A stretch of 64,000 bases of DNA from Tetramitus jugosus (GCA_937625935.1 OW569391.1:248001-312000); one strand, 5' to 3'. Shown: positions 1-11,429, numbered from the stretch's first letter. Notes: generated by a model not told the origin, from the letters alone. Program-made: numbers and translations.

Positions 1-498
1 ACCATTGAAACTATTAAACAATGTCTGCAACAAGCAACAAAGAATCAACAAGAGACAACTCGAAACGAACAATACTGGATAGAGATGATTGATCAAGTAC
101 ATGTAGCTCGTTCCTTCCAATCAAGAGTGTACATGTACTCTGGAATTATGAAGAAATCTATTACTAGACTCTTATGCATCATTAAGAAGTTTCAACAAAC
201 TGATGCTGAAAAGCTCGAGTACCACCGAAAATTTCTTGAGAATACACTCAGGGATCTGAATTTAGAACTGCAAGGATTTGAGACCCAAACAGGATACCAT
301 TCTATTTCATTGATAGGAGATGAACCAGATCACTTACGTATCTACAGAAAAAGGAGTAAGTCTGTTCCCTCCATCAGTTCTCCAATCTCTGGTCACAGGA
401 GCAGATTGTTGAAAAGGGAGTCAGAACTTGATGAAAGCACAGAAAGCACAGATAGTTGGGCATCATACGACCTTGGATTGGAAGATCTTGTCTTGTAA
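1..498 (+). CDS. 3' part of a hypothetical protein (frame open from the window start)
   Basis: Frame 1 is open from position 1 to TAA at 496-498. No recognisable domain. A possible GTAAGA donor at ~495 could extend it. Confidence 0.45.
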   Translation, partial: TIETIKQCLQQATKNQQETTRNEQYWIEMIDQVHVARSFQSRVYMYSGIMKKSITRLLCIIKKFQQTDAEKLEYHRKFLENTLRDLNLELQGFETQTGYHSISLIGDEPDHLRIYRKRSKSVPSISSPISGHRSRLLKRESELDESTESTDSWASYDLGLEDLVL

Positions 499-824
499 GA
501 ATGCTTTTTGGGAGACGAATGTTCTCTCTTTAGCCATGCAATAAAGAATATCGTTCGTGCTAGTTCGTCCCACATTCTTGTTCGACTCGGTGAAAAAATG
601 ATTTTGAGCAGGGAATCGTCGCACCCTGACAATTACCCATAAATTCAACAATCCATAAAACAGCTGCGTGGTTTATGACAATGCTCGCAAGACCTATCCG
701 TTGTGCCGAGATTGAATACAATGTTCTCTGTCGTCCCAAATCACTCGCGTATGCAACACACAGGGCTGGTGATCAAGATGGAGCGACACTTTAATGTCAC
801 AACATTTTATTTGAATATTTAGAT

Positions 825-1370
825 TTAGAAGAGGCCTGCTGACTTCTTGAGTCTTGATTGTTGATGAGTACTTAGCTGTATAAATCTGTCATAGTCCATT
901 TTGAATACTTTCTCAAACTCTTCGTCCGACAGATACATCTCCTTCTTTGTTGGATTCACACCCTTGGGAAATGAGTGTCTCAAATCATGGTACGAGAAAA
1001 TGTGTGTCTCTGGATCCAAATACTCTCCTTGAACTTTTTTCTTCAGGTCACTAAGAGCCTTCTCCTTCTTCTCCCGCTCCTCTTGTTCTCTCTTTTGTTG
1101 TGCTAGTTGCATTTGGTCAAGGTAGGAACCAAACTCAAATGTCGTGTCATCTCTAAACTCTGCATTGCCCCATCGTGTCTGATCACAGGACCTCGTCGTC
1201 TTATTTACACTTCTCATCTTTTCATCGGCATCCAGATAGGAACCGTAGTCGAGCTTGGTGGGATCATTGACTTCCTCGAAAGCCTGGCCCCAACGATTCG
1301 CCTCCGATAGCTTGAACCCAACCATGACACTTGCTCTTCTGTTTACGCTTGATAACCTTGGACTCTCCAT
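825..1370 (-). CDS. Small villin-headpiece (VHP) domain protein
   Basis: C-terminus PKGVNPTKKEMYLSDEEFEKVFKM...RLKKSAGLF is a villin headpiece. A-rich context precedes the ATG. Confidence 0.85.
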   Translation of the reverse strand: MESPRLSSVNRRASVMVGFKLSEANRWGQAFEEVNDPTKLDYGSYLDADEKMRSVNKTTRSCDQTRWGNAEFRDDTTFEFGSYLDQMQLAQQKREQEEREKKEKALSDLKKKVQGEYLDPETHIFSYHDLRHSFPKGVNPTKKEMYLSDEEFEKVFKMDYDRFIQLSTHQQSRLKKSAGLF

Positions 1371-1699
1371 TGTTATTATTCTTATTCTTATTGTTATTAT
1401 TTACACTGGTGGTGTTGATTATCTTGATATCTCTTTTGTTGAGTGTCCTATTTGTTGTGTTCCTCAAATTGGCTTTTGTGTGCGCCAACAGAGCTGCAAA
1501 AGAAGAAGGGCTAAAAAGACTGTGGTGTTGGCTTCGCTTCGTGGTTGACAGGCTTGTCATCCATAACGAAAAAAAATGGACCGAATCATCGAAAAATTGA
1601 GGATCCGTGCTGTCGAATCTGATCGCTCACACGAACGAAGCAGCAGTTTCTTGTTCTCTGTATGTGTTGGCTGTGGTGTGACATGACGATACTATTCAC

Positions 1700-3775
1700 T
1701 CACAGTAAGTCTCGATAGGAGATGAATGAGTAGCCACACTGCCTGGATTGATCGTCAGACAAGTGGATAAGACACTGCTCGGATTGAGCAATCATTCTCT
1801 CCAGAGCAGAATGACCACCATGATGGATCACTTCTGAACTCGCGGATGTTTCAGAGGATGAAGAACTATGAGGATTCATTGGCTCAACCTCCAAAATGGC
1901 CCGATTCACCATTTGGGATACTTCGTTGCGATGAACGTGCAACTGCAAAAGATAGCGCAACTCTGGTGGAACATTGTTTGCTGGATAAGCCAAGAGCAGA
2001 AACAATCTTCGAATTTGGGCAGTGTACTTGTCATACATGACTTGGAGACCTTGTGTTCTTTGGAGACTGGGTTCTGCTGAATCGTCATCAGAATCCATCT
2101 CCTCATCATCAGATGAAACAACAAAACTATTGGCGGTGTTGTCTCTGGATGACAAAGATTGTCTTTTGTTGTGCCTAGAGTGAAATGGCGATAACTTTTC
2201 GTGCATCATGCTCTTAAAGTGCTTTTCCACTAACTGTACGAGCTCTTGCTTACCATACTGGATCGTATCATTGAGAGACTGAGATTGTAACGATTCTAGG
2301 AATCCAAGACACTTTAGCTCGAACAACAAGTGAAAATTGCAGAGTAACAATGGAAACCATTGATTCAGATATTGAATACATGCCGTTACTTGTCCATTTT
2401 GAATCAAATGAACAGCTTGTTTTCTCTTTTCCATTTGTTCAATGAGCACACTTGTATACAGTGATGGTGGAGAGCTTTCACTTGATTCACCACTTTCGAG
2501 TATCGAAAGGCTTGAATTCAATGAAGAAACATTCATGGAATCTTTCAAAAAGCAAGCAGCAGTTTTAGAGTAACCATGATACACCAAGTGAGAAAGAACC
2601 AATTGACGCATCAGACCATTGAAATCATTCTCCACTTGTGCATCAGAATTGGATGTGTTTGCTTTTCCTGTCAAAGCTTTTTCTTCAACTGTTGTTGCCT
2701 TCTCATGACTCTCTGAAGAAATTGATTTCAGTGCGTCCAAGTTGAGCTCAACGGACTGAACAGAGTTCTTCATGAGCAAACGAGCATCATTCATAACTTG
2801 TTCTAGAGGATAGAGGAACGGTTGGCTACCAAAGTTCACACGAATGGATTGAGTGTGATGCGAGAGAGCAACAAATGGAAAGAGATTGACACGTGGGATG
2901 AAACGGAAGGCATCTCCTTGACTTGCTCCATTCCTTGTAAAATGAATGGTTTGATTGATAAAATTGATGCAACAACCAATGGTGTCTCCAGTAGAGAAAC
3001 CAGTCGCATATTTTTCGCCACTTTGCTGTAGCTGTGCCTGATTTGTCGAATGATACGCATTCCCACTCTTGGACTCATACAAAAAAGTGTATTTTTCCGC
3101 AAATGTCAACCCCGGCTGAAATTGTAAAGAGGTGTTGGCGGTCGCAAAACCAATCCAAATCGGAGCTTGAAAATTTGGCGCCAAATCAGAGCTACTGAGC
3201 ACAACTGAGCTGTGGTCACTGAGCACTGTGCACTCAAAATAAAAAATGCCAACAGAAATGGGAATAAATTCATTGGCACGTATTCCATAAGCTGTCGACA
3301 ACTGCGCTAATGATGATGACGATGATGACGATGTTGGTGATGCTGGTGTTACCCTGTTTAGTAAGGTACCACCATTCAACCCAACATTTAGTTGTTGTTG
3401 TTGTGGACTTCTCACAGTGGCATTTGTTAGATACATGTGGAACAATTCTTCGTCCGTTATTATTTGACGAGAAGGTGTTGCTGCTGTAGCTTGAGTTGTT
3501 GTTTGTTGTTGTCTCTGTTGTGTCGTCACATGTGATGTTTGTTGTTGTTGTATCAAATCAATGCGTAATCCATCTGTTTTAATCAGTGAGTGCTTATCTT
3601 TTGTGTTCATTTTGATTGGAACGCTACTGCTTCTGTTGTTTGTGGCTGAAAATTCTTCATGGTGAGAGTCTGTTCGTGTCGGTAGGTGCTTTAGGTAATG
3701 TTCATTGGAAAATAATGAATGTTGTACGTTGTTATTATTGGGATAGTGATGATTGTTGTCATCAAAATTCATCAT
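1700..3775 (-). CDS. RANBP9: RanBP9/10 (RanBPM/Gid1)-like CTLH-complex subunit: SPRY-LisH-CTLH-CRA
   Basis: SPRY (GIFYFEC...GDTIGCCINF...FTRNG...VNFGSQPF), LisH (LVLSHLVYHGYSKTA), CTLH (LLFELKCLGFLE), CRA (LLAYP...VNRAIL). First ATG at 3775. Confidence 0.85.
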   Translation of the reverse strand: MMNFDDNNHHYPNNNNVQHSLFSNEHYLKHLPTRTDSHHEEFSATNNRSSSVPIKMNTKDKHSLIKTDGLRIDLIQQQQTSHVTTQQRQQQTTTQATAATPSRQIITDEELFHMYLTNATVRSPQQQQLNVGLNGGTLLNRVTPASPTSSSSSSSLAQLSTAYGIRANEFIPISVGIFYFECTVLSDHSSVVLSSSDLAPNFQAPIWIGFATANTSLQFQPGLTFAEKYTFLYESKSGNAYHSTNQAQLQQSGEKYATGFSTGDTIGCCINFINQTIHFTRNGASQGDAFRFIPRVNLFPFVALSHHTQSIRVNFGSQPFLYPLEQVMNDARLLMKNSVQSVELNLDALKSISSESHEKATTVEEKALTGKANTSNSDAQVENDFNGLMRQLVLSHLVYHGYSKTAACFLKDSMNVSSLNSSLSILESGESSESSPPSLYTSVLIEQMEKRKQAVHLIQNGQVTACIQYLNQWFPLLLCNFHLLFELKCLGFLESLQSQSLNDTIQYGKQELVQLVEKHFKSMMHEKLSPFHSRHNKRQSLSSRDNTANSFVVSSDDEEMDSDDDSAEPSLQRTQGLQVMYDKYTAQIRRLFLLLAYPANNVPPELRYLLQLHVHRNEVSQMVNRAILEVEPMNPHSSSSSETSASSEVIHHGGHSALERMIAQSEQCLIHLSDDQSRQCGYSFISYRDLL

Positions 3776-3963
3776 TTTGTGTATTTTTCTCCTTCTTGTT
3801 CCAAACACCGAATTTCACCGATTCTGTCGGCTTGTCATGTCGTTCTGTCAGAAAAAAAATTCAATCCAAAGAAAAGTTCTCTTGAGCCAGCAAACAAGAC
3901 AACAACGAAGAAAAATTTTTGTTCAACACAACAGCACATCAGACATAAAAACCAATCATAATA

Positions 3964-4878
3964 ATGACTAGGCAACTTGATGAGTGGATAGAGCGAGTAC
4001 GGAGATGTGAATATCTCGAAGAATTCGAACTGAAAAAATTGTGTCACATGGTCAAAGCGATTCTCATTGAAGAATCGAACGTTCAACCTGTTTCTTCGCC
4101 CGTCATCGTCTGTGGTGACATTCACGGACAATTCCACGATTTGTTGGAACTTTTCAAGACTGGCGGAGAAATTCCAGCGAACAAGTACATTTTTATGGGG
4201 GACTATGTCGACCGTGGATACAACAGTCTCGAAACACTCACGTATCTCCTGCTACTCAAGGCAAGATTTCCCGACCATATTACGTTGCTGCGGGGAAATC
4301 ATGAAAGCCGCCAAATCACTCAAATTTACGGTTTTTATGACGAGTGTCAGCGAAAATACGGAAATGCGAACGCGTGGAAATATGCGTGCGAAGTGTTTGA
4401 TTGCTTCAATATTGCGGCAATCATTGATGGACGTGTATTGTGCGTTCACGGAGGCTTATCACCTGATGTAAGAACACTTGATCAAATCAGAACGATTGAT
4501 CGAAGACAAGAAGTGCCTCATGAGGGACCTTTTTGTGATCTCATGTGGTCTGATCCTGAAAGCTTAGAGACATGGGCCATTAGTCCTCGTGGTGCTGGTT
4601 GGTTGTTTGGTTCTAGAGTGACCAGTGAGTTCAATCATTTGAACGGATTGGAGCTCATTTGTCGCGCTCATCAGCTCGTTCAAGAAGGCTACAAGTATCA
4701 CTTTACGGAGAATAGCTTGGTGACGATATGGTCGGCGCCCAATTATTGTTACCGTTGTGGTAATTTGGCCAGTATTTTACATTTTTCTGAAAATTTGGAC
4801 CGCGAGTTCAAATTGTTCAAGGAGGTGGCGTATGACTACTCGTCGCAACCCAATGCAAGACCCATGTACTTTTTGTAA
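3964..4878 (+). CDS. PPP6C: Ser/Thr protein phosphatase 6 catalytic subunit (PP6c/Sit4/FyPP)
   Basis: GDIHGQ, GDYVDRG, RGNHE and [11 protein letters not shown] motifs, the PP6-type 'KYGNANAW', and C-terminal YFL. Confidence 0.92.
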   Translation: MTRQLDEWIERVRRCEYLEEFELKKLCHMVKAILIEESNVQPVSSPVIVCGDIHGQFHDLLELFKTGGEIPANKYIFMGDYVDRGYNSLETLTYLLLLKARFPDHITLLRGNHESRQITQIYGFYDECQRKYGNANAWKYACEVFDCFNIAAIIDGRVLCVHGGLSPDVRTLDQIRTIDRRQEVPHEGPFCDLMWSDPESLETWAISPRGAGWLFGSRVTSEFNHLNGLELICRAHQLVQEGYKYHFTENSLVTIWSAPNYCYRCGNLASILHFSENLDREFKLFKEVAYDYSSQPNARPMYFL

Positions 4879-4941
4879 AAGCAATTGTAAAGCAGAGATT
4901 AAAACCATCCATTGTGGCAAATTTATTTTTTAATAAGAAAC

Positions 4942-7900
4942 TTAGGATGAGATGCTTATGAGAGGGAGAATGATGTGAACAACTTTGTTTCCAGTTGACT
5001 TGAGCGATAGAATGTTTGTGTGAATGGGTTGATCTTGTCGTTGGGGGAATAATTGCAAATCGTGTTCAGATTGTGTTTGTTGATCCTTCCAAGCGAGTAA
5101 TACCTGTTGGTATTGAGAAAGTTGTTCAGCTTTCAGTACTTCTTCTCGACTCAAGATATCAAACAGCATTTGTGCATGATCTTGATTTTGGTTGACAATC
5201 TCGCGTTCAAGTTGTGTCTCTAACATGGCACATAACTTTTCATCGCACAGCATTCGAGATGGTTTGAGCCAGTTGTTGCCCTTATCATACATGTTTCTTT
5301 GCAAGAAATCGATGAATTGGATTGTTGTCGAGTCTACTTTCTCTCGTACCTTGGACTCGCTGATCAATGTTTGAAGAACTAGTTGATTCCAACATGGATG
5401 CATAACGAATGGTTGCATCCTCTCAATGTTCGATAGATCTTTAAAGAGTTGAAGTGCCAAGTGTCGAACATACTCTGGTCCCATCATGATTAAATACTGG
5501 ATCGACTCCAACAACTCCAGGAGTATCAAATCTTCATCCATAAAGTTGTTCACCTTTAGAAAACAAGACAAAATTCGCATAGATAGACTAGCAACATAAG
5601 GAGATTCTGAATGAATCATGTTCATCAGATCTTTCGTGAACATCTTCAATTCCAAACTACAGTTCGAATTCAATTCAGCTAGTTGGCAAATTAGTTGTAA
5701 AACACCTATTTGGACATCGGATGGTTGGCTAGGTTTGATAAAACGGTGCAATACATTCTTAATGGTCTTTCCATATGTTTCTTCGTTCATGGCTAGCAGA
5801 GAGATCTGATTCTTAAGTTGTTGATTGAGATTAGAAACGAATATCCCAATATTAAGGAAGTTCAAAAACACGACTAGCTCGTCAGTAGGCGTCGATGGGG
5901 AAGAAAGCTCTCTAAATGCTATCTTAGTGAGTTGGAAAACTTCAAGTCTTGATGGATCGCAGTACATTGTTAACAAAGTACAGCATTGGATTATTTGCAA
6001 CAACTCCTTCCTTTCAACTTTCTTTAGTGTCAATCTTCTACTCATAATAGAGAATACTGAGAAACTTGGGGAACATTCGCCCACCAACGCTCGACAGAAT
6101 TGCGAATCCTGGCTACACTGCAGAATGAACGGAACAACGAGTTGTGTTTCATTACGTTCCAAGGAGTTCTGAAATTCATTCTAGTTAGAAGGGATTAAGG
6201 AATGAAACAAGAAACAGTTCAACTAGTGTACTTACATGAACTAACACTGGTAATTGAGGAATATCTGCGAGTTGAGAGATTATGGATGATCCCCATTCAG
6301 AACTCAGGCACGTTTCAAACTAGTAAAAGGAAGTAGAGTTAGAAAGTGGTCAGTACAGAATGTTCCCAATTACTACTTACGAGTTGAAAAGTCTCTCTGA
6401 CATCATTCAAAGTAAATATCCATCGAAAGATTTGAATCCAATGATCAGAGGACAAAAATTCGTTCAAATTCAATACTTGGCCGTTGATCACCTCTACTAA
6501 GCTCATACACAACCAAGATCCTAATTGAGTCTCGTTATTGACCTATAGTTTGTGTCAGATTAAATTGAGCTTTGTTCAGAAAGAGTCAGTACATACCATG
6601 ATTTGAGAGTAAAGATAAGGAAGAAAATGAATCGAGTATTGTTCTGAATGTCTTGTGATACACTCTAAACTAAAGGTCCATTGTTTAAGAAGTGCAAAAT
6701 CGCAATTCAGAGCTGCAATGTACTTCAAAATGATCACTAATTCTTGTTGCTTATAGTGTGAAGTTCCATGGTGAAACATCCCACAAACAAAACCTGTTTC
6801 CCAGTTGTAAGCTTGGATTTCCGACAGTAAGTATCCTGGATGGGTAGGGCATTGATGATTGATTATCGATTGAATCAAGTCACATACTACATATCGAATG
6901 CTGTCTGATGCACAACGACAATGGATGTTCATCAGAGAAGAGATTAGACATTGCAAAGGAATTTGATTTCTTAAAGAGTCGCTATTGCACATTTTCAAGT
7001 ACAGTTTCAAAACTGATTCTTGGATTGAAGTGTTAAGTTGAATGATGTTGGGCCATAGCTTCTCATTCACAAAAGTGGTCACCACCTTTAGATTTGATTC
7101 ATCCTTTTGGCAACACATGATAGTGGCAACATGAATCATCTCAAGAATTGCCTCCATATTGTGGTTATTATCCTCCCATACACAATCAAGCACATCTTCC
7201 ATGGATACTTCACATGTGTGCAGTATTGCTCCACTGATTAGTTCCGATACTTCATCTAATTCTATCATATGAGCAGCTATTCTCAATACATTTCTGCAAG
7301 TAATCATCGAACCCAACATTACTTCATTATTGTTGCAACAAATTTTAGTAACAATGTCACTCAAACGTTCTTTCACTAAGACTTGTTCACCCAATATCGA
7401 AGCAGATTCTTCCTGCTCTCCGGAAGTATTAAGAATGGACACTACCTCGGCAAACAATCCCGTCACACTCTCACCAATAGTCAAGACTTGAAGTTCACTA
7501 AATACGATCTGACCTTGTCTCCTTTTCATGCTTAATACCATTGTTTCAATCGAATTCATTCCATAATGTAAGAATCCGGAGAGAAATACTTGAAAACTCT
7601 GTTCTGAACACTGAGATCGGTTGCGAACTATTTTCCACAGTGTTACCAGGATAGAAGAGAGCAACAAAAAGGATTCAGTCTTCATTGCCTCGAACAAGAA
7701 ATCCGGTACATCAGAATTGACAAGAATTTGAGTCAATGAAGTAGAATTCTCATGATCCATCAACAGGGATATCAATTGAACCGCAACAATTTGAATTTCC
7801 TCATCATTTGACAATAAAACTGTAACAATTGCATTGAACAGCAAGTTAAAGTCACAACAAGTTTCCACTAACAATGATTGCTCCAGTTTTTGAAATGTTT

Positions 7901-9008
7901 TCAACAGAAAAGCCAAAATGTTTCGTTGATAGTCAATGTTTTCTGATTCTTGCAGCTCTAAAATCAAACCATTCAATAACTGACTATTCTTACTATTCAT
8001 ATTGTTCAATCGAATCACTTCTTGTTGTTGCGGCAATGAAAACAACAAGTGTTCCATCAACGTTGTACTCTCCATCATCTTCGAACAATTGTCAATTAAA
8101 CATGATAGTACATAGACAATCTGACTCTTAATCTCTTGTTTTTGATCCATCGATTTCAATTGATGAATAGAAGAAGCATCAGACGTAGTATATGAAAACA
8201 AACATTGAATCAGTAAATTCAATAATTGACTCCAACAACAACTACTATTACAAGAAGAAGAAGAATGTGTTGTAGTGTCAATTGTCATCTCAATACAACG
8301 AGTCATCAACGAAGGAACTTGTTGGAACCAAGTACCAACAATTTGTACAAACCACCACCATTGCTCCATCAAACACGAATCCACACTATGATTTTTTTGT
8401 ATTCGATTTTTTGTATATGGTGATGAAAAGAGAGAAACAATGGATTGAACATGATGATTCATTTCATGATAGAAACAATGATCATACTGTTGTTGAAGAG
8501 GTGAAAAGTTGGTAGAGAGATAGAGTTGTTGACACGAAATGAGCCATTCTAATATTTGATGATTGATGCTATTGCTATTGTACAGTGTTTTTGTATTATT
8601 GTTGAAATTTTGTTGATTTTGTTGATTTTGAGGTTGTTGTTGTAGCTCTGATTGAATTTGATGCAAGAAGTGAAAAGTTGTATCGAACAAGAGTTCGCCA
8701 ATCGAAACGGGTATCCTTCTCATTATTGAATTCTGTTCTTCTTCATCATCATTCATATTCCTATACAATACATGTTGTTGTTGTAGCTTTGAGAACATGA
8801 GTTGACAAACATTTCTCTTCTTTAACTTGTGATGAGAATGACTACTACTGCTATTGATGTTGCTATTGTCGAGAATGAATTTGGAAGCACAGGAGAAGCA
8901 AAAGCTTTGATGGTCAGTGGAGGAGTGGTGATGAAGAGTGGTTTGATTGAGTTCGTGTGATTTGTTGTGATAGGAGAACAATAGTGTATGCAGTTCTTGA
9001 GTGTACAT
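4942..9008 (-). CDS. MEI1: MEI1/PRD1-like meiotic double-strand-break protein (ARM/HEAT-like), multi-exon
   Basis: ATG at 9008, just downstream of tRNA-Val. N-terminal 'FCFSCASKFI...KKRNV' and 'LLSNDEEIQIVAVQLISLLM...NSDVPDFLFEAM' resemble recalled MEI1/PRD1 blocks. Three short GT-AG introns between ~6600 and ~6180 join ORF 6576.. to ORF 4942..6162. Confidence 0.65.
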
Positions 9009-9075
9009 GAATTCGTTGCTTTTTGTTTGTTGTATTCCGGATGTTCGGCTGCAGGTACTAAAGAAAATACAAAAG

Positions 9076-9148
9076 TACAGACGATGCGGATCGAACCCAC
9101 GACCTCGGCCGTGTGAAGGCCACGATCTAACCACTGATCTACGCCTGC
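9076..9148 (-). tRNA. trnV-CAC: tRNA-Val(CAC)
   Basis: GCAGGCG TA GATC AGTGGTTA GATC G TGGCC TTCACAC GGCCG AGGTC GTGGG TTCGATC CGCAT CGTCTGT A. Cloverleaf with one G.G T-stem mismatch; T4 run downstream. Confidence 0.9.
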
Positions 9149-9189
9149 TCGTGTTATGACATCCAGAATCGTAAAACTGCGCCGGATCT

Positions 9190-9474
9190 GTTATGCTAGA
9201 CGTTGAAGTTGGGAGTGTCTGCTGACAGTTATTGTTTGATAACGTTAGACTAAAGAACGGAAAGACTGAAAAGCGACCACTGCGGTGGACATGTAGGGAG
9301 TTTCTAACAAGTATGATGGGCATCAAAACGAATGCCATCGAAGATATCACCAATGGCTTGGTAGCCAATGGAGTCAAAGCAGCAGTGGCCGAAAAGAAAG
9401 TTCTTGCAAGAGTGAAACGAAGATGTCTCACAGCTCTTCTTCACCTCTTCACCACAACAAAAGCGAAACAATAG
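9190..9474 (+). mobile_element. Decayed 3' fragment of a non-LTR retrotransposon ORF2, directly 5' of tRNA-Val
   Basis: LKLGVSADS/(frameshift)FDNVRLKNGK is homologous to the sequence following the CCHC knuckle at 43299-43364 (MGVASDSCIDTWFDNVRLKGGK). The ORF continues to a stop at 9474. Confidence 0.65.
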
Positions 9475-9949
9475 CAATGACGCGCCGTAGCTTTGCAAGC
9501 AGGAAGTGTTGTTGAGTGCTCGAAAGAATACTCCGGATTGAGGATGAAATTGATTCGTGTGGTGGAGAAATAGTATTAACCCACGAAGACCTACATCTAA
9601 ACCAATGAAATCCATAACAATTTAATTTCCTATTGTCCACCTCCGAGTCTAATTCACACAACTCTGTGTGAAAATGCACCTTGAGCAGCAGCATGATTCG
9701 AAAAGATAGGGTCTTTTTGAAGGAATATTCTTGACACTAATCAAAAATTCCAACTTGCATTCATTTTTCCGCAATTTTTCCAGGTTTGGCACCTGTCATC
9801 TGTTTTCGCTGCCCCAAAATCTCAACGATTACACTCAATTGGAACAACAACGACTGACTCTTCAAGCTCACTCACACCTATTCTCCACAATCTACATACC
9901 ATCACCATTCTCACACGACTCTCTGTGAAAATAGTAGACTCTGTTCATC

Positions 9950-11089
9950 ATGGAAAGTGAAACAAAAACAAATGGAAAATTCCGATTGTTTGTGATTATT
10001 GGTTCAACGGCATTAGCTGTTGCTCTTGTCGTGTTTGTTGTGCTTGCAATTATCATACCGATTGCCATATGGATGGGTGTTTCTTCCTACGCCTATGACG
10101 AAATTTTTTTGGCGGGAAAAGCGCGAAACAGTTGTGTACAGGACGGCGTCGTGGATATTGATAGCTTGGTTCCTTACTCCGACTGCGCAGAGTGTATGAT
10201 TTACAACAAATCGATTAATTTGACCGCCATGTACCCAGTACCGGACTTAAAGGACCCTGAACGAGTCATGCATGTCCAGTTCCCGCCAAGACAAGATCGC
10301 ATGTGGCAAAAGGCCAAATTGCCCAATTTGCGTGCATGGATTTGGAGCTATGACAACTTTACATACACTGCTCCAACGATTATTCATGTTCATGGAATTC
10401 GTTCATGCAAGAGCACGTGTAGTGCAGTTCTAACAATGAGCATGCTGCATCGCAGTGGGTTCAATGTGTTAGCTCTTGATCTGCGGAATCATGGTGAATC
10501 TCCAAGTCTCGATCCTCCCTATGTTAGCTTTGGTAACACAGAGTTTAGAGATGTGTTGGGTGCTGTTGATTACTTGAATCAGACGTTTGGTGAGAAAGCA
10601 GTTGATCGGTTGGGCATTCATGGCATTAGCATGGGTGGTGCAGTTTCTCTGACTGCCTTTCTGATGGAACCGGCGTTTAAGGCCTTGTTTGTTGATAGTG
10701 GAGCAACGGATGTCGCTGCGACACTCAGAGACAATATTGCTCTCGTGTTGAAGACGACAACGTCAGTCATGTATGGCATGTGCGTTCTTCGAGGTCGCAA
10801 ATACGGTTGTGCACCCTTTGAGAACGACCCATTAAAGTTCTTGCACCTGGCAAACCAGCGACCCATTCATTTCGATCATTGTGTGTCGGATTCGTTGGTG
10901 CCTGTGTCTGTGTCTGACTCTACCATGTCAAAACTGGACAAGTACTATGACAATAAGACACTGATCACTCACTTTTACGATGAAACAGGATGGCCAAAGG
11001 AAGTATGCAGAGATCATGTCATCTTAATGCTCAATGACCCTCCAGCATATGCAAAGCGGATGCAGGAATTTTTTGGTCAATACTTGTAA
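9950..11089 (+). CDS. Membrane-anchored alpha/beta hydrolase
   Basis: N-terminal TM helix, HG oxyanion (IHVHG), DLRNHGES, nucleophile GISMGG, Asp (DSLVP) and His (RDHV). Confidence 0.85.
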   Translation: MESETKTNGKFRLFVIIGSTALAVALVVFVVLAIIIPIAIWMGVSSYAYDEIFLAGKARNSCVQDGVVDIDSLVPYSDCAECMIYNKSINLTAMYPVPDLKDPERVMHVQFPPRQDRMWQKAKLPNLRAWIWSYDNFTYTAPTIIHVHGIRSCKSTCSAVLTMSMLHRSGFNVLALDLRNHGESPSLDPPYVSFGNTEFRDVLGAVDYLNQTFGEKAVDRLGIHGISMGGAVSLTAFLMEPAFKALFVDSGATDVAATLRDNIALVLKTTTSVMYGMCVLRGRKYGCAPFENDPLKFLHLANQRPIHFDHCVSDSLVPVSVSDSTMSKLDKYYDNKTLITHFYDETGWPKEVCRDHVILMLNDPPAYAKRMQEFFGQYL

Positions 11090-11159
11090 ATACATAAAGT
11101 ATTACAAAAGCTTCACTCTTTAAAATTGTGCGAAACTTTCCGCCGCTTTTTATTTGAAA

Positions 11160-11280
11160 CGCACACATGTGGTGAGGGAAGATTTCTCATCTGTTGTGAT
11201 ACTTGCAGCAACGCTTACTCATGTTCAGTGTGCAGGCTTGACAAGGGATGTTCTTGGTTGGAACAAAAAATGTGGTTTGG
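11160..11280 (+). pseudogene. Frameshifted PHD-finger relic
   Basis: CGEGRFLICCDTCSNAY, then +1 nt, HVQCAGL...KMWF follows PHD spacing. No intact gene surrounds it. Confidence 0.5.
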
Positions 11281-11429
11281 CGCCACCCTAACAACTCTTC
11301 TTGAGTTGAAGACCACCTTAACATCAAGCATGGAGAAGTCTCCATTGACTCAGAAGTGCAACGCGCAACATTGAATGTTATTTATATTTACAAACACTTC
11401 GTGCACTTCTGAGTCAATTAAATTAGGAC

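Noticed and set aside
9009-9431. N-terminal 141 aa of the 951-aa ORF 6576..9431
   Set aside because: It runs through the antisense of the LINE relic and through tRNA-Val. The open frame is fortuitous; the plausible start is ATG 9008.
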